Origin: Eledone cirrhosa
Taxonomy: Eukaryota
Direction: 5' to 3'
Length of the DNA stretch: 64,000 nt
Assembly (NCBI GenBank): GCA_964016885.1
Contig: OZ024749.1
Span: forward strand, 7,812,001 to 7,876,000
The notes below the pieces were generated by a model. It did not search any database. It saw only the letters and a program-made list of their open reading frames with translations, and was not told the DNA's origin. Shown here piece by piece: positions 49,451 to 63,764 of this stretch (the first letter of the stretch is position 1; each line of letters opens with the position of its first letter). The position numbers and the translations under genes were made by a program.

Positions 49451-52400
49451 TGAATGAAAATCATGCTACTCAATTGCACACATCAGCTGTAACAAACCCA
49501 AACTCGCAGAAATTCGATACAGTAATGAATGAAAGCAGTTTTTTAGGCATAATCTACCAACTACAACAACAGCTGTACTCCATACAGATGACTCAGCAAA
49601 ACCAGGCAACATTGATACAAAGCCTGACACCTGGACTTACAGGGCACATACAACAAATACAGACAGCCCAGCAGACCGAATATCCAGTCAGCACAGTCCC
49701 AGCAACTACAACAGTCTTGCCATCAATAGGGCAGATGTATCCGGTACAACAAGCATAATAACAGCAAATATCCAGGGTCTTTATCCAAAAACAAAACAGT
49801 GTAAAGTCCCTTTCTTGGAAGAATTAGCAACAGAAAACAACTCCAAAATAATTGGAATTACTGAAAGTCATCTCAACGAAAACATCCGCAACAGCGAAAT
49901 CACAATCAATGGATTCAACATCTTCAGATGTGATAGACAAGGCAGATCCCATGGGGGCGTTATCATGTATATCCATGATACCTATGCATGCATAGAACTT
50001 GTCAATGAATCAAATGCCTACTGGAACCTGCTGTGCATAAAAAATCATCCAACTTAATTCAGTTGTAACAATAATGTACAGACTGCCAAACAGCCCAACA
50101 TTATCCTTCACAGAGCCACTGACAAAGCTCCAACAAATTCTGGGAAACATGGCGAGTCCAATGCCAGACATTATCTTCCTTGGTGACTTCAACTTCCCTA
50201 ACATCATCTGGCCACATGGACACATACTAAAACTGGGGACAAAAGCTGAACAAATACAGGCAGCCAAACTGTTGGAAGTCACAGAGAAATTATACCTCAA
50301 ACAAATGATGACAGAAGCAACTAGAAATAATAATACGATCGACTTGGTTTTCACCAACAACGAGGACACGCTATTTGACATTCACTCAACCCCAACAATC
50401 CTTTCAGACCACAATATTTTTGAAATGCATTTACACATTGGTAATGAGCCCAATGCCACAACTCTTAAACAAAAGGACATGCCAAAGCTATGCAGGTATG
50501 ATTATCACCAGGCAAATTGGGAAACTATTAACAACCAGTTACAAATCATTGACTGGGATCTCTACCTTACTGGGCCAGATAAACACAAGAAATTCTTAAA
50601 CAAGATCGAAGAAATATGTGCAAAAAATATTCCTCTTAAGAAAACCAAATCCACAAAAAAACCTGTACCACCGGAGCGAAAGATCCTGATGCGCAAAAGG
50701 TCAAGACTAAGAAACAAAACATCTAAGCTGGCATCAAAACATGAACTACAGAAAGTCCTTGACCAAATATACAGATTAGAAGACAATCTAAAACAACACT
50801 ATGATGAAGAACGTAACAATGCAGAAAAGAGAGCCATAGAAAACATCAAGAAAAATCCAAAATGTTTCTACAGTTTTGCAAAGAAATACTCGAATACCAA
50901 GTCAACAATAGGATCTCTCCAGAGACAAAATGGGGATGTAGTGAATAACCCTATTGAAATGGCAGAAATGTTGGGTCAACAGTATAAAAGTGTCTTCAGT
51001 GAGCCATCTAAAACCATGAAGATCCATGACCCAGGAGAATTCTTCAAGGATATCGACCATACTAAACCTACCCTATCCGACATTGATTTCAACCCAGAAG
51101 ACATAGAAAGAGCCATAGACAAGCTCTCCATGCACTCGGCTGCGGGGCCTGATGGTTTCAATGCCATGATACTTAAAAACTGCAAGGTACAATTGTTGAA
51201 ACCCCTTTACATGATATGGAGGGAATCTATGGAGAATGGCAAAATATCAAATACATATAAAGAAGCACACATAACTCCAATACATAAAGGGGACAGCAAA
51301 TCAAAACCAAAGAACTACCGACCAATCTCACTGACATCACACATTATCAAGGTCTTCGAAAGAATAGTTCGTGGAAAACTGGTTGAGTTCCTGGAATCCA
51401 ACAATCTGATGAATTGCAACCAGCATGGATTCAGGTTAGGTAGATCATGTCTTTCCCAACTACTGGCACACCATGACCAAATCCTAGAAAATCTAGAGAA
51501 TGGATACGACACAGATGTTATTTACCTTGACTTTGCCAAGGCATTTGACAAGGTAGATCATGGCATCCTGGGACACAAACTTCGAAAGCTAGGAGTAGGA
51601 GGAAAAGTTGGTACATGGATACAAGAGTTCCTTACAAATAGAACTCAAACAGTCACTGTGAATGGAACCCATTCAACACCATCACCTGTAACCAGCAGTG
51701 TTCCTCAGGGTACAGTACTCGGCCCAATCCTGTTTCTCATCCTCATCTCTGACATAGATGAAGATACAACCAGCAACGTCTCATCCTTTGCTGATGACAC
51801 CAGGGTCATAAGACAAATCAAAGACGAGGTGGATACAGAGGCCTTACAAAAGGACCTGACCACCATATACAAATGGCAGGAAACAAACAACATGTTGTTC
51901 AATGATAAGAAGTTTTAACTAATTCGCTACGGAACAGATCAAGATCTGAAAAATACAACAAACTACAGAAACCCATCCGGACAACAAATAATGGAAAAAC
52001 AGTGTGTGAAAGATTTAGGCATCCACATGGGAACCAGCCTAAAATTCAGAGAACACCTTGACTCAATCTGTCTTACTGCAAGAAAGTACAGCGGGTGGAT
52101 CTTGCGCACCTTCAAATCAAGAGATACCTCAACAATGAAAACCCTCTGGAACAGTATGATACTTCCGAGGATTGACTACTGTTCTCAGTTGTGGTCACCA
52201 ACAACAAAGTGCCAACTATCTAAGATGGAATCGCTCCAAAGAAATTTTACCTCATACTTCTCAGAAACGAGGGACCTGGATTATTGGCAAAGACTCAAAA
52301 CCTTGAAGATGTACTCAATAGAAAGAAGATTTGAGCGATACCGAATTATATACATTTGGAATATGATAGAGCAAAAGGTGCCAAACTTTGGTATCAAAAG

Positions 52401-52782
52401 CTACCATTCACTGCGCCACGGAAGACGCTGCCAGCTACAACCAATCAACAGAAAGGCTGGCCAGGCAGCAAAAACCCTGCGAGAGTCAAGTCTGTTGGTT
52501 CGAGGAGCACAACTATTCAACTCCATTCCGGTACATGTCAGAAATCTATCAGGATGCAGTGTGGAATCATTCAAATTGCAGCTGGATAGATACTTAAGCA
52601 CCATTAGAGATGAATCCCATCTCCCAGGATATACATAACGAGCACAAACTGACTCAAACTCGCTCCTACACATGTCAAAATTAAACAGAGAATACAACCT
52701 GGCAACCACACCAGACTCTGAGGGTGGAGTCTTCGACTTGGCCTGAGCATGGACTCAAACTCAAATGAAATGAAATGAAATG
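49450..52782 (+). mobile_element. CR1-group LINE (family 3): end of ORF1, whole ORF2, 3' UTR, (GAAAT)n tail
   Basis: Q-rich ORF1 tail at 49450-49758; APE motifs ANIQGL, GITESHL, RCDR..HGGV, GDFNFP, SDHN; RT motifs [24 protein letters not shown]; MYSIERRFERY. Confidence 0.95.
49735..52638 (+). pseudogene. APE-RT ORF2 with one frameshift (~50030) and one stop (51916-51918)
   Basis: ORFs 49815-50057, 50074-51918 and 51991-52638 are collinear. Confidence 0.9.
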
Positions 52783-52921
52783 TATACATATATATATGTA
52801 TACATATATATATATATATAAACATATATATATATATAAACATATATATATATATATATATATACATATATATATGTATACATATATATATATATATATG
52901 TATACATATAAATATATATGT

Positions 52922-52971
<50 letters not shown>

Positions 52972-53170
52972 ACATATAAATATATATATGTATATATATA
53001 TATATATATATGTATACATATAAATATATATATGTATATATATATATATATATGTATACATATAAATATATATATGTAAACATATAAATATATATATGTA
53101 TATATATATATATATATATGTATACATATAAATATATATATGTATACATATAAATATATATATGTAAACG

Positions 53171-53209
<39 letters not shown>

Positions 53210-53529
53210 ACATATAAATATATATATGTATATATATATATATATATATGTATACATATAAATATATATATGTATATATATATATATATATATGTATACA
53301 TATAAATATATATATGTAAACATATAAATATATATATGTATATATATATATATATATATATGTATACATATAAATATATATATGTATACATATAAATATA
53401 TATATGTAAACGTATAAATATATATATATATGTAAACATATAAATATATATATATATGTATACATATATATATATGTATACATATATATATATATATATA
53501 TGTATACATATATATATATATATATATGT

Positions 53530-53587
<58 letters not shown>

Positions 53588-53609
53588 GTATACATATATA
53601 TATGTATTC

Positions 53610-53659
<50 letters not shown>

Positions 53660-54644
53660 GTATACATATATATATATGTATTCATATATATATATATGTA
53701 TACATATATATATGTATACATATATATATATGTATTCATATATATATATATGTATTCATATATATATATATATATATGTATACATATATATATGTATACA
53801 TATATATATATATACATATATATGTATACATATATATATATACATATATATATATTTACATATATATATGTACATATATATATATGTACATATATATATA
53901 TATGTATACATATATATATGTATACATATATATATGTATACATATATATATGTATACATATATATATGTATACATATATATATATACATATATATATGTA
54001 TACATATATATATATATACATATATATATATACATATATATATGTATACATATATATACATATATATATATACATATACATATATATATATATACATATA
54101 TATATATACATATATATATATACATATAGATATGTATACATATATAAACATACATATATATATACATACATATATATATATACATACATATATATATATA
54201 CATACATATATATATACATACATATATATATATACATACATATATATACATATATACATACATATATATACATACATACATCTATATACATATATACATA
54301 CATATATATACATACATACATATATATACATATATACATACATATATACATACATATATATACATACATACATATATATACATATATACATACATAAATA
54401 TACATACATACATATATATACATATATACATACATATATATACATATATACATACATATATACATATATACATATACACATATATATACATATATATACA
54501 TACATATATATACATATACATACACATATATACATATACATACATATATATACATATACATACATATATATACATATACATACATAATATATACATATAT
54601 ATATACATACATACATACATACATACATACATACATACATACAT
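52783..54644. repeat. (TA)n/(TACA)n arrays
   Basis: Direct reading. Confidence 0.96.
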
Positions 54645-55488
54645 AAGTTGTGCATGGATACTTGAGGCGTAAAACACAGACCATAAAGGGGATAAACCAC
54701 TCAAAAAGCCTGGCATGGAGTTCCGACAAGTTTATGACATCACACCTTGAGGGATATATCTATGCAATACAGGAACAAGAACTCCCTACCAAATATCTGC
54801 TGCACAAAAGAGGAGGGCCAGCAGCTGACAATAAATGTAGGCTATGTAAAACAAAGATCGAGGATGTAAGCCACATTGTTGCCAGCTGCGAAAGAATGTC
54901 ATCTCGCTACTACCTCCCCATGAGACACGATGGGATAGCTAGAACCATCTGGAACGCACTTCGGAAAACAAAATCAACAACAAACGAGGAAGAATATATT
55001 GAGACAGATGGCACTAAGGAATACTGGTGGAACCTGAAAATAAAAACTGCCACCAAATTAAAGCACAACCGGCCTGATATTGTAGTTTGGGACCACACAT
55101 TGAAAACGTGTTCTGTTGTGGAGATCAGCTGCCCACTTGATGTAAACGTTGTCAGAAAAATACAGGAGAAGGAGGACATCTACGGACCATTGATGAGGAG
55201 TTTACAAATCCAGTATCCAAGATACACCTTTAGCTTCATACCCATCATTATTGGTGCTACGGGTTATATACCAACCCGCTTGGACCAAAGTATGACTGAA
55301 CTTGGATTTGCGGACAAAAAGCGCAGCTCCCTAATTCATAGTCTACAAATGGCTGCGATAGCTGGCACCTTCAAAATTTGCAAAACATTCTTGCGATTCA
55401 AGGGATGACAATTTCTTTTCTTTTACAACCTTGCCACCAGGAAGGTGGCCGGTCAAAAAATATACTCAAAATTAAGAGAAAGAGAAAA
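54645..55488 (+). mobile_element. 5'-truncated R4/Dong-like non-LTR retrotransposon (CCHC plus RLE endonuclease and 3' UTR)
   Basis: Open frame 54650-55408: AIQEQ, CRLC..E.VSHIVASC, RHD, HNRPDIVV..VEISCP..EKEDIY, PIIIGATG. Confidence 0.88.
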
Positions 55489-55659
55489 CATATATACATA
55501 CATACATATATACATACATATATATATATACTTACATATATATACTTACATATATATACATACATATATATACATACACATATATATATATATACATACA
55601 CATATATATATATACATACACATATATATATATGCATACACATATATATATATGCATAC

Positions 55660-55758
<99 letters not shown>

Positions 55759-55875
55759 TACATACATATATATATATATATATATACATATATACATACA
55801 TATATATATATATATATATACATATATACATACATATATATATATATATATATACATATATACATATACACATAT

Positions 55876-55913
<38 letters not shown>

Positions 55914-56105
55914 ACATATATACATATATATATACACATATACATATATACATATACATATATATACATACATACATATATATATATATACATACATATA
56001 TATATATATACATACATACATATATATATACATACACATATATATACATACACATATATATATATATATATATACATACATATATATGTATATATACATA
56101 CATAT

Positions 56106-56708
56106 ATGGTGGCTGCCAACTCGTTTTCGAGTACGGCCACTACTTTATATCCATGTAGGAGAACCCCTACCGATGTGCTGAATGAGTGTGACTTTTTAGT
56201 CCCGACAGCGACTTGAAAACTCTGGTACAAACACCACACCTGTGACAATTATTGACACATAGTGCTGGGCCCACGGTACTATGTGACGACAAGTGCAGAG
56301 AGATCTCCAGACATAAAGCAATGCCTGTGCTGTGAAGCTTTTATAGTGAGCAAAGGCACTGCACAAAGCCAGTACCACTCTCTTAACCAAGATGATATTT
56401 ACCAAAAAGAAGAACAAGTCAACATCATTGGATACCATCAGGGTTGCAGGTGTTATATCAGAGTTTTCCTTCTCCTAGAATTCTGCCCTGACAAAGGCTA
56501 AGGGGTCATCTCTCCTGGTGATTTTGGATGGCCATTGGCTCTTAAGAGCTCCTTTGACAGGTTTTGTTTTTAGTCCTGCAGGATGTCCAAAGTCACCCTC
56601 CTCGCCAAGAAACCTTGGTGGGGTTGCCAGTTTAGTCCCCAACGACCCGACCATGAGACAGGTTGTACTGGGATACATGTTAGCAGTAGCACCAACTGGT
56701 GACCTGAC
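56106..56708 (-). mobile_element. ~600-bp non-coding element with an RTE 5'-UTR-like motif, longest copy
   Basis: Related copies at 16499, 37141 and, diverged, at 58430-58815; no credible ORF. Confidence 0.75.
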
Positions 56709-57282
56709 ATGTATATATACATATATATATATACATACATATATATATATGTATATATATATGCATATATATATATGTATATATACATATATACATATAT
56801 ATATGTATATATACATATATATATGTATATATACATATATATATGTATATTTGTATATATACACACATATATATATATACATACATGTATATGTATACAT
56901 ACATATATATGTATATATACATATATATGTATATATACATACATATATATGTATATATACACACATATATATGTATATATACATACATATATATGTATAT
57001 ATACATGCATATATATGTATATATACATACATATATATGTATATATACATACATATATATGTATATATACATACATATATATGTATATATACATACATAT
57101 ATATGTATATATACATACATATATATTATATATATTTATATGTATACATACATATATAAATATATATATTTTAATTTAAAGAAATATAAATATATATATG
57201 AGCGTGAAACTAATAAACATTTGTTCGTACTGCCCCTGTTTTGTACCCGTTACATTTTTCACTATATATATATAGATATATG

Positions 57283-57314
<32 letters not shown>

Positions 57315-57318
57315 TGTG

Positions 57319-57356
<38 letters not shown>

Positions 57357-57472
57357 GAGGTTATATTTAATTTGTTGGGATTAAGCTTAAAAATGGTATA
57401 ACATATTTTATTACTTACTTTATAACTTTATATTATAAATTATATAAACATATATATATATGATTAAACATG

Positions 57473-57514
<42 letters not shown>

Positions 57515-57534
57515 CATATCTAGATGTATAAGTT

Positions 57535-58130
57535 TTGTGTGTGTGTTTATGTGTGTGTCTATGTGTGTGTATGTGTATGTGTGTGAGTATGCGTGTTTAT
57601 GTGTGTGTGTGTATGTGTGAGTGTGTGTGTGTTTATGTGTGAGTGTGTGTATGTGTATGTCTGCGTTTTGTGAGTGTGTGTGTGTATGTGTTTATGTATG
57701 TGTGTGTGCATGTGTGTATGTGTGTGTATGTGTATATGTGTGTGTATGTGTATATGTGTGTGTTTGCCCACCAGGCAAGAAATTCAGATGATATTACGAT
57801 ATAGTTGTGAATAATTCATTTTGATTTTATCTTTCGAACACGATATAAAATATGTCAGAGTACACACACACACACACACACGTGTACACACACACATACA
57901 TACATATAGTCACACACACACACACATTTACATAAACACACGCATAGTCAGACACACACAAACACACATGCGCATACACACACACACGCATACAGTCACA
58001 CAACACACATGTATATACACACACACAGTCACATACACACACACATGTACATACACACACACACACACAAGTGTACTGTCTGTTACACACACGTACACAC
58101 TCAAATGCACATGTATATATGTATGAATAT
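57535..58130. repeat. Degenerate (TG)n followed by (CA)n tracts
   Basis: Direct reading. Confidence 0.9.
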
Positions 58131-58429
58131 ATATGTATGTATACATATATAAAAAGGTATCTTTAATTGAAGTTCTAGTTAAACTTTAATTAGTTACCTA
58201 CCAATGTGTGCTTACATTCTTTACAAATTATTCCCTATGATTGTTTCATGTATTTATTTCATATATATATATGTCAATCTATTTCTAGTTGATACATATA
58301 TACATGCATGTATATATGTATATATACATACATATATATTCATACATATATACATGTGCATTTGAGTGTGTACGTGTGTGTAACAGACAGTACACTTGTG
58401 TGAGTGTGACCGTATTGCGCGTGCCTGTG

Positions 58430-58815
58430 TGTTTGTTGTCGGCTCGTCGGCGACTAAACGGGCAACCCCACTAAGTTTACTTGCTGGTGATTTTAGACAA
58501 AACCTGACAAAGGGCGGAAGAACTCATAAGAGTCAACGGCTATCCAAAAGTGTGTAAATATGTATATACACATGTACCGCGTGGTTAAACCACTGGGAGT
58601 GAAGGACCCCTAGCCTTTGCATGGCATTCTTCTAGGAGAAGGCAACTCAGGAAACTGGGATAACCCCGATATAAAATCTGCGGCTCAGTAGTTACCGATG
58701 ATGTTGATCTGTTCTTCTTTTCGGGTTACAGCTACTGTCGCCCAGAGAGTGGGATTGGCTCAGTGCACAGTCTTTGCTCGCTTTAAAAAATATCTTCACG
58801 CACAGGCATTGCACG
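58430..58815 (+). mobile_element. Diverged relative of the ~600-bp element
   Basis: GGCGACTAAAC.GGCAACCCCAC, CTAGGAGAAGG.AACTC, GAGAGTGGGA.TGGCT and GCACAGGCATTGC occur in the same order. Confidence 0.7.
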
Positions 58816-58827
58816 ATAGAATTAATT

Positions 58828-59017
58828 AATTGTTTCGACGTTAGGCACAAGGCCAGCAATTACCCAGTGCATTACTGGTACTTTATTTTATCGACCCCGT
58901 AAGGTTGAAAGGCAAAAATCAACCTCGGCGGTATTTAAACTCAGATCGTAAAGGGACGTAACTATTCTGGAAAGCATGGCGTCCGACCCTCTACCGTTAC
59001 TGCCAATCTACCGCCCT
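58828..59017 (-). mobile_element. tRNA-derived SINE (family S1)
   Basis: Homology to 23708-23890. Confidence 0.9.
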
Positions 59018-59289
59018 ATAGCACTATAGAATTAATTAATAATTATTAATAATATATATATATTCATATGCATATATGTGTACGCGTGTGTCAGTATATA
59101 TCCATAAATATATGTATATATATTCGTACAAACTTGCGTATAAATATACGACTGTTTATCTATGTATATGTATGTGTTTGTATATGTGTATGCGTTAGTG
59201 TCAGTACATGCTCATAATTATATATACACATATATACACACAAATATATATGTGTATATACATGTGTGTGTATATTAAATGTACATAAA

Positions 59290-59334
<45 letters not shown>

Positions 59335-59784
59335 GTATTCTCGTGTGTGTATATACACATATATAAGTATACTCATGTGTATATATACATGCGTGTGTGT
59401 AAGTGTGTATGTATATGTATGTTTGTGTATATGAAGTCCAATGTATATCATTTGCTTCAACAAACGAGAATGGAGTTGGTCACATGTTCTATAAGATCTT
59501 TGTATTTATCAGGCGAGATTTTTGTTGTATGCTTATTAATAAATAACTTCACTTTAAATTTTACATTATCCAAAACCGCTAAAAGATACACCATGGATGT
59601 GTGTACAGCAACATATGCGTATGTTTGGGTGCGTGTATATATATATATATATGTTTATGTATGTGTATATATACACAACATGTATACATATATATATACA
59701 CAATAATATATACAAATTTGAATAAGTTTAAAAGCCCTACAATGCGTAGAAGATTAAATGTGCCTTGGTAATATATATATATAA

Positions 59785-59825
<41 letters not shown>

Positions 59826-60347
59826 GAAACTGGGAGCTGTGTGGTTACTTGATAAAGTGTATTTAGAAATGAGAGGGAAGCACAAACGGGGGACATTTCC
59901 CATCATCAGTTGTCTGCTGGAGATCACGGACATTTCTAAGCATTAAATACACAATGTCTAGTTCCAGTGCGTCTCTAACTACAGGAAGTTATTGAGGAAA
60001 AAAGGAGAGAGAAAAATATAACAGAAGGGGAAAAAGAGAGAAAAAAAAAGGATAGAACACAGAGAACATACTGAAAAGGGAAAACCGAAAAGCACATACA
60101 TGTAAGCAACTGAAGAGAGTGTGTGGCAAGTCAAAACCAGCTACTGGACTTATGCACACACACACATATATATATACAGTATATATATACAGTATATATA
60201 TGTGTGTGTGTGTATTACATGTCAATTTCCTGGTTCCTGCTTCACATATGTAACAATGCTATAGCAAGAGTTCCCTATTGATAGAGACATATATCTATTT
60301 ATCTCCTAAGGAGGAGGAGACAAATATTACTGAAATGTATAAAAGTG

Positions 60348-60642
60348 ATATATATATATATATATATATATATAATGATAATATATATATATATAATAAT
60401 AATGATAATATATATATATATATAATAATAATGATAATATATATATATATATAATAATAATGATAATATATATATATATATATATAATAATGATAATATA
60501 TATATATATATATATAATAATAATGATAATATATATATATATATAATAATAATTGTAATATATATATATATATAATAATATTTGTAATATATATATATAT
60601 ATAATAATAATTGTAATATATATATATATATAATAATAATTG

Positions 60643-60688
<46 letters not shown>

Positions 60689-60696
60689 ATTGTAAT
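60348..60696. repeat. Composite (TA)n-(TAA)n minisatellite
   Basis: Direct reading. Confidence 0.9.
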
Positions 60697-61181
60697 AGTT
60701 GAAAAAAATGAAAACGAAATTTCATTTCTCACTCTTAGTATGGCACTTACTTAAATGTAAGTATGTATGTATACGTACATACATATATGTATACGGACGT
60801 ACAGTAGCATGCATATATATATATATATATACATACAGGTACACATACATATATGCACGCATCAGTTTAGCGGACGCTTATTATAACGCCGCTTTGTTCG
60901 TTTGTCAACAAACTGAATAGCCTGAATTTATGCCATACGGTGTTAAGGCAACCACGTCACCTTTTTGTTCAACACTGACACAGGAACGATGTACTAGTTT
61001 CAAGCTTGTTAGCTATCATCAGCACCGTTTACCCATCTGCCAGATAGTTGAACGTTCGAAAGAATATACTTTCCTTATGAAAATTAACGGCTGAGCAGCC
61101 TAATTTGCATATTGAGTGAGTTAAATCGGTCAGGCATACCGAAATCGATAAGTTGAAAAAAATGAAAACGAAATTTCATTT
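60697..61181 (-). mobile_element. 454-bp monomer plus 31-bp terminal redundancy, HHR-bearing (retrozyme-like)
   Basis: AGTTGAAAAAAATGAAAACGAAATTTCATTT occurs at 60697-60727 and 61151-61181; internal HHR. Confidence 0.78.
60985..61029 (-). ncRNA. Type I hammerhead ribozyme
   Basis: Minus strand: AACGGTG-CTGATGA-TAGCT-AACA-AGCTT-GAA-ACTAGT-A-CATCGTT. Confidence 0.87.
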
Positions 61182-61188
61182 ATAATTG

Positions 61189-61226
<38 letters not shown>

Positions 61227-61257
61227 GTAATATATATATATATATATATATAATAAT

Positions 61258-61443
61258 AATTGTTTCTACTTTAGGCACAAGGCCAGCAATTACCCAGTGT
61301 ATTACTGGTACTTTACTTTATCGACCCCGTAAGGATGAAAGGCAAAGTTAACATCGGCGGGATTTGAACTCAGACCGTAAAGGGACGTAACTATGCTGGA
61401 AAGCATGTCCGACCCTCTACCGATACTGCCATTTCACCGCCCT
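61258..61443 (-). mobile_element. tRNA-derived SINE (family S1)
   Basis: Homology to the other copies. Confidence 0.9.
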
Positions 61444-61699
61444 ATATATATATATAATAATAATAATAATAATATATATATAATAATAATAATATATATA
61501 TATATTCAGAAATATCCACAGTTAGTTTCGGGGTCTAATGTGCATAAAGAACTCAATGTAATCCATATGTTGACAATGTTGTAGGTTAAAATAAATCCCG
61601 GAAAACAAAAAAATCATCAAAAGGAAAGCAGAGTCATGATATAAGTTAAAACAATGAAACAAAAAACAATGAAATAAAAATTCAAGTCCTTATATTAAC

Positions 61700-61730
<31 letters not shown>

Positions 61731-61742
61731 AGTAATAATAAT

Positions 61743-61922
61743 AATTGTTTCTACTTTCGGCACAAGGCCAGCAATTACCCAGTGCATTACTGGTACTTTA
61801 TTTTATCGACCCCGTAAGGATGAAAGGCAAAGTTAACCTCGGCGGGATTTGAACTCAGAATGGCAAGGGCCGTAACTCTATGCGTCAAAGCATGGCGTCC
61901 GACCCTCTAACGATACTGCCAA
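61743..61922 (-). mobile_element. tRNA-derived SINE (family S1)
   Basis: Homology to the other copies. Confidence 0.9.
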
Positions 61923-62435
61923 ATAATAACAATAATATATATATCTTAAAAAACACTTTTCACATATGCGAGATATATCTTATAACTCAATTGAAATAAC
62001 GTTTATGTAGAGCGTATTTTCTGAATATCGAAAACCAGAGTATAGAGCACTCACCTCATTTCTTATTTAAGGTATCTTGCGTTCCTTGAAATCTGTAAAA
62101 AATAAGGTATTCATTATTTCGTATGTTGCTTAAAGTGACTGACGGTGATAGATATGAAAAATGTCATATAACAGCTACCATTTCCCCATCCAAAATATAG
62201 CCCTGCAGAAATATTGCCCTGCAAGACACTATCAAAGGTAAAAGTATCTTAACTCTTGATGAAGTCGTTGGGGTACCTTCCGAGACCCTGCATCCCTGGT
62301 ACATTTAAAACCTTGCACAGCCTAACTCTCCCCTATTAAGTATATATATATATATATAACGAAGGAAATGTGGTAAGGAACCAGGTGGACCATAACGCAC
62401 CAAAGTACTCAATACTTGGGGTAGTAGAGTGGGTA

Positions 62436-62566
62436 ATAGGAACCAGTAAGACCCCGACGGCTGAGCTCAAGCCGTTTCGACGGCTAATTCTGGACCGAAT
62501 TCTGGAGTCCAGAATTAGCCGTCGAAACGGCTTGAGCTCAGCCGTCGGGGTCTTACTGGTTCCTAT
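62436..62566. repeat. Perfect 60-bp-arm inverted repeat with 11-nt spacer, containing the 3' half of a hammerhead
   Basis: The right arm reads GAA-ACGGCT-TGAGCTC-AGCCGT-C-GGGGTC. Confidence 0.9.
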
Positions 62567-62767
62567 ATATATATATATATATATACACAGAACGACATCT
62601 ATTATGAAATTGATATTATAGGGCGGTGGTTGGCAGTATCGGTGGAGCATCGGACACCTTGCTTTGTGGCATAGAGTTATGTACCTTTATGTTCATCATC
62701 ATCAACATCATCGTCATTAATATGTGTTATTTTCATTGCGTGTTGTTGTCACTACATTACCTAATTG

Positions 62768-62995
62768 ACAAGGGTGCTGGTTTGGCAGAATCGGTAGAGC
62801 GTCAGAAATTATTATTTTCGGCATATAGTTATGGCGCTTTACGTTCTGAGTTCAGACACTGGCGTGGTTAGCTTTGCTTTTCATCCTTACCAGGTCGATA
62901 CAATAAAGCACCAGTGATGCACTGGAGTCTATTAAATCAAATCCACTTTATCCATACATTCCAATTCCTGGCATTGTTCCAAAAGTAGAAACAAT
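62768..62995 (+). mobile_element. Older S1-related SINE; an isolated head also lies at 62620-62685
   Basis: TGGCAGAATCGG, GAGTTCAGAC, CTTTTCATCCTTACCAGGTCGATA. Confidence 0.75.
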
Positions 62996-63007
62996 TATTT
63001 TATATTA

Positions 63008-63197
63008 ATTATTTCTACGTTAGGCACAAGTCCAGCAAATACCCAGTGTATTACTGGTACTTTATTTTATCGACCCCGTAAGGATGAAAGGCAAAGCTAA
63101 CCACGGCGGGATTTGAACTCAGAATGGCAAGGGCCGTAACTCTATGCGTCAAAGCATGGCGTGCGACCCTCTACCAATACTGCCAATCCACCGCCAT
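63008..63197 (-). mobile_element. tRNA-derived SINE (family S1)
   Basis: Homology to the other copies. Confidence 0.9.
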
Positions 63198-63631
63198 TAT
63201 TTTATATTAATGTTTAATAATCTTCCATCACCTAAAAATCTATTTTTCCGCCCTCATTGTCACATATTTCTGACATATATCTGTAGCTCTCTTTCTCTCC
63301 TGGACAAATATCTTTAATTATAGTTATGGTTGTATGAGTAAATGATGCTGATGTTTTCATAAGATAAAAGAGCGAATAATTGTGAATATCCAGCTATTTC
63401 ATAGCTCGAGGATAACAGTAATGTAATTGTGTTAAAGAATTGTAGTTCAGCTAAAATAGCACCATTCATTCATCTTTTAATCCGCACCTTCGTATTTCTT
63501 CTTCGCTTTATAGTTCTGAGAAGAGCCTAGATTAATATATCGACAGTCGATCGACTTTCGTCAAATCGGACCGAGGAAACACTGTTTCCATTGGTCATTC
63601 CAATTGCTAATACTCTCTATTGGTCGCAACT

Positions 63632-63764
63632 CCAGGTAGACGGAGCAACGTGAAATAAAGTGTCTTGCTCAAGGACATAACGCATCCCCTACTCCGGGAA
63701 ATCGAACTCACAACCTCACGATTGCGAATCTAATTCTCTAACCACGCAGCCACGTGCCTTCACT
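63632..63764 (-). mobile_element. Second tRNA-derived SINE family (5' part)
   Basis: Minus strand A box TGGCTGCGTGG, B box GAGTTCGATTTC, then GTCCTTGAGCAAGACACTT. Confidence 0.8.

Noticed and set aside
59878-59915. Minus-strand CTGATGA-TGG-GAAA motif
   Set aside because: Helix I does not close; at best a truncated remnant.
60961-61160. Plus-strand hammerhead (CTGACAC...GAAATCGATA)
   Set aside because: The core is non-consensus, and the intact motif lies on the minus strand.
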